Shown here: piece by piece, positions 58,556 to 64,000 of the stretch
Position numbering within the stretch: the first letter of the stretch is position 1
How the letters are laid out: each line of letters begins with the position of its first letter
Assembly (NCBI GenBank): GCA_040357565.1
Contig: JBDODJ010000053.1
Origin: Cercozoa sp. M6MM
Taxonomy: Eukaryota; Protista; Endomyxa: Ascetosporea
Length of the DNA stretch: 64,000 bases
Strand: one strand, 5' to 3'
Program-made: the position numbers and the translations under genes
Notes under the pieces: generated by a model
The model's database searches: none
What the model was told of the DNA's origin: nothing
The model's input: the letters and a program-made list of their open reading frames with translations, nothing else

Positions 58556-60658
58556 TTTGTTAGTTTGTTACAGACTGACTCAGATTATGCATTCTCCGCG
58601 GGGATAAACCGAACCCAGACCCCGTGATACAGGGGTCTAGAATGGTCTAGAATAATCTAACACATTTCTAACATTCTAGGATTTCTAGGCTGACTCTAGA
58701 AATCACAGAACGGGTAGAAAGCGCTAGAAATGGGTCGAAAATTCACGGACTTGTACCCCACAAAACGGTCGAACGACTTTAAACCCTGGTTTAGAAAACA
58801 GCAGCCCGCATCACAGTACAGCGTGCAGTGTTTCGAGCACTGTAACCTGCTTAGAACGCTATACGAGCAAAATAAATTGAGGAGTCAAGAAAAACAGTTA
58901 TAGGGGGTTATAATACCTTCCTCGTTGTTCGCGTAAGCAGCCTGTCGAAGCTTCGGTTTTGAGGACCGCCGTCTTCGTCTCGCGCTGTTTAGCCTCGTCT
59001 GCGGATACAGTGAATGAACCCGTCGGTTTGACCGTACAGTACAGTACTGTACGTTACCTCCTGGGAGTTTAAGTACGCCCTCTGACAAGTCTACCTCGTG
59101 CATTGGCTTCTGCCAAGTCGGTGCCTCAAAGGGAGCGTCTTGCTATCGTTGCTCCTCCTCCTCACTGTCCATGTTCGCGAGTTGCGCTTCTATTTGGTAG
59201 GCCACATCGGGTTGCAAATTCACATCGTCGTCGAACTCTTCCGAACTCGAGTCGTCGCTCACCCCGACGAAACCCACACGGATATCAAGTTGTACTCTCG
59301 TTCTCTCCGTGTATGCTGTCAATGATTCGCTGACACTCCCGACGTTCGGCCGCCTATCTCTGCCGTCGCTCCGCATGATCCCCATTCTCCCTGTTGGCAT
59401 CATCTCGCCCGCCTCATCCGCATTCGCGCTCAACTGCTTCAGAGTCACTTTCGCGCATCTCCGCTCTCGATGTAACGTCTTCCTGCGTGGGGACGGTGGT
59501 CTATGGCGTATCCGCCGATACATCGTTTGGCATCAGCACAGGAATCACCGACGCGACCGTGCAGCTGGACATCTTCTCAGATTCTCGCGGTATCTTTCAA
59601 CATTCCTTTCATTTCGCCTTGCCGACAAATTGCCACACCTACAGAAGAGACAGTGAGCAGTCTCTCCCTAAAACGAGACTGCTGCAGGGATTGTTGACGC
59701 CAAGGGAGTCTGCGAGGGCGCGTCGTGGACGATTTTGCACCCCAACGACGCATGTTTGACGGCTTCAGGTCGCCAAGCTTCAACGTTCTGAGAAGACTGA
59801 ACTGACTCGAGTAAATTACTGACTACAGTAAATGACCTAACTCGATCATCGTATAAAATGTATAATTATTTTATTCTACGACACCCGATTGTATAACGAA
59901 ATGGACCGTACCTACGCACTATAGTTACTGTACATACGTAGTTTCGCAATGAACAATGAAGTACAGGAAGACAATAGGTTCACACAACAACACAGAGCCG
60001 TGATACAGCAGGAGAACAACCGGATCAAGCAAATTAAACTATTGTAAATTTAAAATACATCTACGATTCGATACGGATCGAGTTGCGATGAAATGATGCT
60101 TGTTAACCTGTAGAGTAATTTCTGCTGACCTACTGGTTTAGTGCGTCACTATTAACAAGCACCACGTGGCACTGCCCGGGTTGCTCTAGGTAGCAGCACC
60201 ACGACCTGGAGTTGTTGCCAGGCGTTGTTTTCGCCCTGGCAACGACCTCAAGCTCGCTCGCGAAAATGCACGACACGCTCGCGCCACATGAGAGCTATGA
60301 TTGCCACTATCTCTCCATACTCGCTTCTGCTAGTAACAGTCGATATTTACCTCCCAACAGGGGGTGGGGGGCACGAGAGCGCGAGACGCGCATGATCGTT
60401 GTTGCAGGCTCAGCGGCGCTGGGCTCAGCTCGCCTGCCTGCCTGCCTGCCTGCTGCTCCAGTCGCACCAGCTTCGCCTGCTCGCCGGGTGGCGAAGTCCG
60501 TTGGCCAAGTCCGTTGGCCTTGGTAAATATAGAATTATTGTGCGGCGGTGGGGTTCGAACCCGCTGGGTGATTGAGTCGGCGGCCGCCGACTTTGGTGCC
60601 TACCAGGTGGCCCAAGGCGGGTGTGTGTATCGTTGCATCGTCGCGGCTTTGTCGTAGT

Positions 60659-60730
60659 ATTCCTATGGTCTAGTGGTGATGACATTGGACTTTGAATCCA
60701 ATGACCCGGGTTCAAATCCCGGTAGGACCT
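60659..60730 (+). tRNA. tRNA-Gln(TTG); first two acceptor pairs mismatched
   Basis: Anticodon arm TTGGA-CT-TTG-AA-TCCAA, T arm CCGGG-TTCAAAT-CCCGG; acceptor ATTCCTA/TAGGACC. Confidence 0.8.
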
Positions 60731-60835
60731 CGCTGTGTGTGTTTTTGGCTTTTTAAGTTACTTTGACTGCCCCCCCCCCCCCAGCACCCCACGGGGCAAG
60801 GCGAGGGGCGCGAAGTGAGGTAGACACAAGCGAGA

Positions 60836-60908
60836 GTCCTCGTGGCCCAATGGATAAGGCGCCTGACTACGAATCAGGAGATTGTGGGTTCGATCCCCAC
60901 CGAGGATG
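60836..60908 (+). tRNA. tRNA-Arg(ACG)
   Basis: GTCCTCG/CGAGGAT acceptor, CCTGA-CT-ACG-AA-TCAGG, GTGGG-TTCGATC-CCCAC, T-run downstream. Confidence 0.93.
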
Positions 60909-60997
60909 CACTTTTTGTGTTTTTTTCACTAGTCCCCTCTGCGGTGGGTTGGTTGGTTGGTTGGGTGGCATGTCGCCAGTGTACCTGCAGTGTATTG

Positions 60998-61070
60998 GCC
61001 GTCTTAGCTCAGTTGGTAGAGCAGTAGACTGAAGATCTAAAGGTCCCTGGTTCGATTCCGGGAGATGGCA
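60998..61070 (+). tRNA. tRNA-Phe(GAA)
   Basis: GCCGTCT/AGATGGC acceptor, TAGA-CT-GAA-GA-TCTA, CCTGG-TTCGATT-CCGGG. Confidence 0.93.
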
Positions 61071-61096
61071 CACTGTGTGTTTTTTGTTTTTTTTTG

Positions 61097-61182
61097 CCCT
61101 GGCCCTTTGGGCCCCTGCCCTGGCCCCTGCCCTTACCCCAGTCCCCCCAGTCCCCTACCCCAGTCCCCTTACCCCAGTCCCC
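61097..61182. repeat. C-rich/G-rich short tandem repeat (GCCCCT / ACCCCAGTCCCC units) between tRNA-Phe and tRNA-Thr
   Basis: ccttaccccagtccccccagtcccctaccccagtccccttaccccagtcccc seen directly. Confidence 0.85.
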
Positions 61183-61195
61183 AAAAAAAAAAAGG

Positions 61196-61267
61196 AGCTC
61201 CCAGTGGGGATCGAACCCACGATCCCTCGCTTACGAAGCGAGTGCTTTGCCGCTAAGCTATGAGAGC
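61196..61267 (-). tRNA. tRNA-Thr(CGT)
   Basis: Reverse complement: GCTCTCA/TGGGAGC, CTCGC-TT-CGT-AA-GCGAG, long T terminator. Confidence 0.93.
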
Positions 61268-61281
61268 CTTGGCTTGAGAGA

Positions 61282-61354
61282 CACCCCCACCGAGACTCGA
61301 ACTCGGAATCCCAAGCTTAGGAGGCTTGTGCCTTATCCATTAGGCCATGGAGGC
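61282..61354 (-). tRNA. tRNA-Arg(CCT)
   Basis: Reverse complement: GCCTCCA/TGGGGGT, CAAGC-CT-CCT-AA-GCTTG, CCGAG-TTCGAGT-CTCGG. Confidence 0.93.
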
Positions 61355-61387
61355 GGAGTGTGGCAGTGGACACCTGGGAGGCAAAAG

Positions 61388-61459
61388 AGGAGCCAGCCGG
61401 GATCGAACCGGCGACCGCAGGATTTGCAATCCCACGCTCTACCGCTGAGCTATGACTCC
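61388..61459 (-). tRNA. tRNA-Cys(GCA)
   Basis: Reverse complement: GGAGTCA/TGGCTCC-U73, TGGGA-TT-GCA-AA-TCCTG. Confidence 0.92.
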
Positions 61460-61510
61460 TGCTACTACGTCTGTCTGTCGGTCAGTCGGTGTAGCACAGC
61501 AACGACACAA

Positions 61511-61583
61511 GTCTTCTTGGCGCAGTTGGCAGCGCGTGGGTCTCATAATCCCAAGGCCGCGAGTTCGATCCTCGCAGAAGGCA
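61511..61583 (+). tRNA. tRNA-Met(CAT), elongator
   Basis: GTCTTCT/AGAAGGC, TGGGT-CT-CAT-AA-TCCCA with the U31:U39 typical of eukaryotic elongator Met, TTCG T-loop. Confidence 0.93.
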
Positions 61584-61597
61584 CTTGTAAATTTTGT

Positions 61598-61670
61598 GCT
61601 CGATTGGCGCAGTCGGCAGCGCAGTGGTCTTATGAGCCACCGGTCGCGAGTTCGATCCTCGCATCGAGCA
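61598..61670 (+). tRNA. tRNA-Ile(TAT), intron-less
   Basis: GCTCGAT/ATCGAGC, GTGGT-CT-TAT-GA-GCCAC, GCGAG-TTCGATC-CTCGC. Confidence 0.92.
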
Positions 61671-61695
61671 TCCCCCCTCTTTTTGTGTTGGGCTC

Positions 61696-61755
61696 TTTCC
61701 CAGGCAGAGTGCACATTTTGCCAGGCAGAGTGCACTTTTTCCCAGGTAGAGTGCA
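61696..61755. repeat. 21-bp tandem repeat x3 (CCAGGYAGAGTGCAC..TTT) between tRNA-Ile and tRNA-Ala
   Basis: Three near-identical units seen directly. Confidence 0.85.
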
Positions 61756-61803
61756 GGCAGTTCCCTTGCTAGATTTCCTCCTAGCCCCCAGGGGCAAAAA
61801 AAG

Positions 61804-61876
61804 TGGAGAATCCGGGTTTCGATCCCGGTGCCTCGTCGTTGCTAACGACGCACTCTTCCGATTGAGCTAATCCCCC
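61804..61876 (-). tRNA. tRNA-Ala(AGC)
   Basis: Reverse complement: GGGGGAT/ATTCTCC-A with G3:U70, CGTCG-TT-AGC-AA-CGACG, ATCGAAA T-loop. Confidence 0.94.
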
Positions 61877-61970
61877 AATCACTCTGTGAGAGCAAGTCAG
61901 CAAACTGCACTATATACTGGCTGGGGCCAAGTCAGGCGGGCCTGGGGGTAAGTAAGTAAGGCAAAAAAGG

Positions 61971-62043
61971 AGCCTCTTGCGGGTTTCGATCCCGCTACCT
62001 CGTCATTACTAATGACGTGCTCTGCCAATTGAGCTAAAGAGGC
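61971..62043 (-). tRNA. tRNA-Thr(AGT)
   Basis: Reverse complement: GCCTCTT/AAGAGGC-U73, CGTCA-TT-AGT-AA-TGACG, ATCGAAA T-loop. Confidence 0.92.
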
Positions 62044-62101
62044 CAGCAATGAGCACTTGGCGCTACAGTAGCCCACGGCATACGGCATACGATAGAAGGC
62101 T

Positions 62102-62183
62102 GGACGGATGGCCGAGCGGTCTAAGGCGCTGGTTTTAGGCACCAGTCTCCACGGAGGCGCGAGTTCGAATCTCGCTCCGTTCA
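62102..62183 (+). tRNA. tRNA-Leu(TAG)
   Basis: GGACGGA/TCCGTTC, CTGGT-TT-TAG-GC-ACCAG, long variable arm CTCC-AC-GGAG. Confidence 0.94.
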
Positions 62184-62199
62184 CACCCCTTGCTTTTTT

Positions 62200-62256
62200 G
62201 GGCCTGCCTTGGCCTTGGCCTTGGCCTGTTGCCTGGGCCAGGCCTCTTGCCTGGGC
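62200..62256. repeat. (GGCCTT)n-like STR between tRNA-Leu and tRNA-Thr
   Basis: ggcctgccttggccttggccttggcctgttgcctgggccaggcctcttgcctggg. Confidence 0.75.
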
Positions 62257-62265
62257 AACCAGTAC

Positions 62266-62337
62266 GCCGGCGTAGCATAGTGGTAGTGCATCTGCCTTGT
62301 AAGCAGAAGGTCGCGAGTTCGATCCTCGCCGTCGGCT
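62266..62337 (+). tRNA. tRNA-Thr(TGT)
   Basis: GCCGGCG/CGTCGGC-U73, TCTGC-CT-TGT-AA-GCAGA. Confidence 0.93.
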
Positions 62338-62355
62338 TTCGTTTTGGCCAAAAAG
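62338..62355. terminator. Shared Pol III terminator between convergent tRNA-Thr(TGT) and tRNA-iMet
   Basis: Palindromic TTTTGGCCAAAA supplies a T-run on each strand. Confidence 0.6.
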
Positions 62356-62427
62356 TAGCGATTCGAGGTTTCGATCCTCGGACCTTTGGGTTATGAGCCC
62401 AACACGCTTCCGCTGCGCCAAATCGCT
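62356..62427 (-). tRNA. Initiator tRNA-Met(CAT)
   Basis: Reverse complement: A1:U72 (AGCGATT/AATCGCT), GGG/CCC anticodon stem, ATCGAAA T-loop. Confidence 0.95.
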
Positions 62428-62547
62428 TTACGTTGTCTTGACCTGGGATACTATTGCTGGCCATGTCAGGGCTGGGCTGCTCCGATTGCAGGCCCCGACC
62501 CCAGCTGACCAGAGACACACCCTGCCACTGGCTTGGTAGCTCATACA

Positions 62548-62619
62548 GCTCCCGTAGTCTAGTGGTTAGGACTCTACGTTGTGGCCGTAGCAACCCGGGC
62601 TCGAATCCCGGCGGGGGCA
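62548..62619 (+). tRNA. tRNA-His(GTG)
   Basis: GCTCCCG/CGGGGGC-A73, CTACG-TT-GTG-GC-CGTAG; T-loop reads CTCGAAT (C54); no encoded G-1. Confidence 0.88.
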
Positions 62620-62697
62620 CTTTTTTTTTTCTTTTTGCCTTGGCTGTGTGGCACAGGCAAAGCCCAGGCAAAGCGCAGGTAAAACAAGGGCAAAAAG

Positions 62698-62770
62698 TTC
62701 CCCGCCCGGGATTTGAACCCGGGTCTTTCGGGTGAAAGCCGAATATCCTAACCAACTAGACTAACGGGGA
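62698..62770 (-). tRNA. tRNA-Glu(TTC)
   Basis: Reverse complement: TCCCCGT/GCGGGGA, TTCGG-CT-TTC-AC-CCGAA. Confidence 0.93.
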
Positions 62771-62862
62771 TGCAGTCTACAGCACCTCATTGCATGCATG
62801 CATCCCACACTGCATGGGCAGCGACCCAAAAGACCTGCAAATCTGCTTCGCAGCAAAAAGAG

Positions 62863-62944
62863 CGTCAGCAGCCAGATTCGAACTGACGAGGGCGATGCCC
62901 ATGTGATTTCGAATCACACGCCTTAACCACTCGGCCATGCTGAC
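62863..62944 (-). tRNA. tRNA-Ser(CGA)
   Basis: Reverse complement: GTCAGCA/TGCTGAC-G73, TGTGA-TT-CGA-AA-TCACA, long variable arm GGGC-ATC-GCCC. Confidence 0.94.
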
Positions 62945-62998
62945 ACAGTGCTTACTGTGTCCATCGATGGCACCTCATACACTCTAGTTGGGCCAGTC

Positions 62999-63265
62999 AG
63001 TGGGAAGTCAAAGGGACTTTACTGGGAAGTCAAAGGGACCTTACTGGGAAGTCAAAGGGACCTTACTGGGAAGTCAAAGGGACTTTGCTGGGAAGTCAAA
63101 GGGACCTTACTGGGAAGTCAAAGGGACTTTGCTGGGGGACTATTGGGGAAGTCAAAGGGACTTACCGGGGGACTTACTGGGGAAGTCAAAGGGACTTCAC
63201 TGGGACTTTACCAGGGACTTCACTGGGACTTTACCAGGGACTTCACTGGGACACTTGTTGGGACT
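62999..63265. repeat. G-rich minisatellite: 22-bp unit CTGGGAAGTCAAAGGGAC(C/T)TT(A/G), decaying into an 11/12-bp GGGACTT unit
   Basis: GGGAAGTCAAAGGGAC occurs 8 times, six of them at exact 22-bp spacing (63002-63112). Confidence 0.9.
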
Positions 63266-63550
63266 TTCCAGGGCAAATTTTTTTGGTGAATCGCCAAGGG
63301 AAAACCTAAAGGGAAACGTGTGTTCCACTAAAGGGAACTTAGTGGGACTTTGCTGGGAAACGAGTGTTTGTTTGCTGGGACAAGCCTGGGGTAAATTTTT
63401 GATTGACTTTTCCAAGGGGAAAAATTCAAAGGGAAACGAGTGTGCAATTAAAGGGAGTTTACTGGGAGTTTACTGGGACACTTTGCATTTCTGTTGGGAG
63501 GCTGGCAGGCTGCACAGCAAAAGTGCAAAAGGCAAAAACCAAAAAAAAAG

Positions 63551-63622
63551 CTCCAGGCCGGGGAATTGAACCCCGGGCTCCTGCGTGACAGGCAGGGATG
63601 TTACCAACTACACCAACCCGGA
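63551..63622 (-). tRNA. tRNA-Asp(GTC)
   Basis: Reverse complement: TCCGGGT/GCCTGGA-G73, CCTGC-CT-GTC-AC-GCAGG. Confidence 0.93.
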
Positions 63623-63715
63623 TTGCACTGGTATCGCCAATAATACATTTGGGACATAGCAGGTTGCATAGCAATTGCTCGGGAACAGCCTAGGGCAAAA
63701 CAAAGCAAAGAAGGC

Positions 63716-63835
63716 GCATCGAACACCACGCGATTCCCAGGTGGTCCCCCACCCTAGTACTAAGCGGGCTCAACAGAGCTTAACTTCGGAATTCGGAATG
63801 GGATCCGGTGTGTTCTCTGTGATATGGTCCGATAC
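63716..63835 (-). rRNA. 5S rRNA
   Basis: Reverse complement GTATCGGACCATA..CACCGGATCCCATTCCGAATTCCGAAGTTAAGC..TTAGTACTAGGGTGGGGGACCACCTGGGAA..GTTCGATGC; about 120 nt, terminal helix I pairs. Confidence 0.95.
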
Positions 63836-64000
63836 ACTTGCCTAGGTTGTGGCACTTTGACTAGCCCCCTCGCCTCGCCTAGCCAGCACAGGACCGTTGC
63901 AAGGTTAAAGGGAAATGACTGTTCAATTAAAGGGAGTTCACTGGGACTTTGCTGGGAAACTCTGCATTTTTTGTTGCACACTTCCCAGGGTGGAAATTCT

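Noticed and set aside
61940-61962. ACTTACC on the minus strand resembling the U1 5' end
   Set aside because: Part of a (GTAA)3 repeat just after a tRNA terminator; no U1-70K loop, U1A loop or Sm site follows.
61094-62755. ORFs of 258, 174 and 206 aa
   Set aside because: They run through tRNA genes and STR spacers; spurious.
62948-63569. Repetitive ORFs (193 aa, 113 aa) or a CRISPR-like array
   Set aside because: A stop-free by-product of a 22-bp tandem repeat; no unique spacers and no cas genes, in a eukaryotic context.

Overview
Eukaryotic (protist-like) nuclear DNA with very dense, short (mostly ~50-75 nt) GT-AG introns, so the six-frame ORF track shows only exon fragments. I reconstructed the genes by hand-splicing. 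1-58.6 kb holds 12 housekeeping genes: USE1-like SNARE (5'-truncated), type II dihydroorotase, DIS3L2, coronin, bifunctional LKR/SDH, an SPFH/band-7 protein, a triple-PH protein, a Ubl-PUB-UBX protein, CWC22, RPB1, POLE2 and RPA1. Ten of the twelve sit in five head-to-head pairs. The last ~3.5 kb is a compact Pol III cluster of 17 different intron-less tRNA genes (no isoacceptor repeated) plus a 5S rRNA, with G-rich short tandem repeats in several spacers. It probably continues past the window edge and is my best candidate for an undescribed system (a one-of-each tRNA/5S repeat cassette reminiscent of Entamoeba tRNA-STR arrays). Other notable points: a non-standard 5' splice-site consensus (GTAC, +5G largely lost), UG-rich introns strictly on the sense strand, an RPB1 CTD built from YSPTSPG heptads with introns at two recurring positions, and an acidic C-terminal tail on RPA1. 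Exon boundaries and counts are manual and approximate. Several (TG)n tracts contain 10-N assembly gaps.
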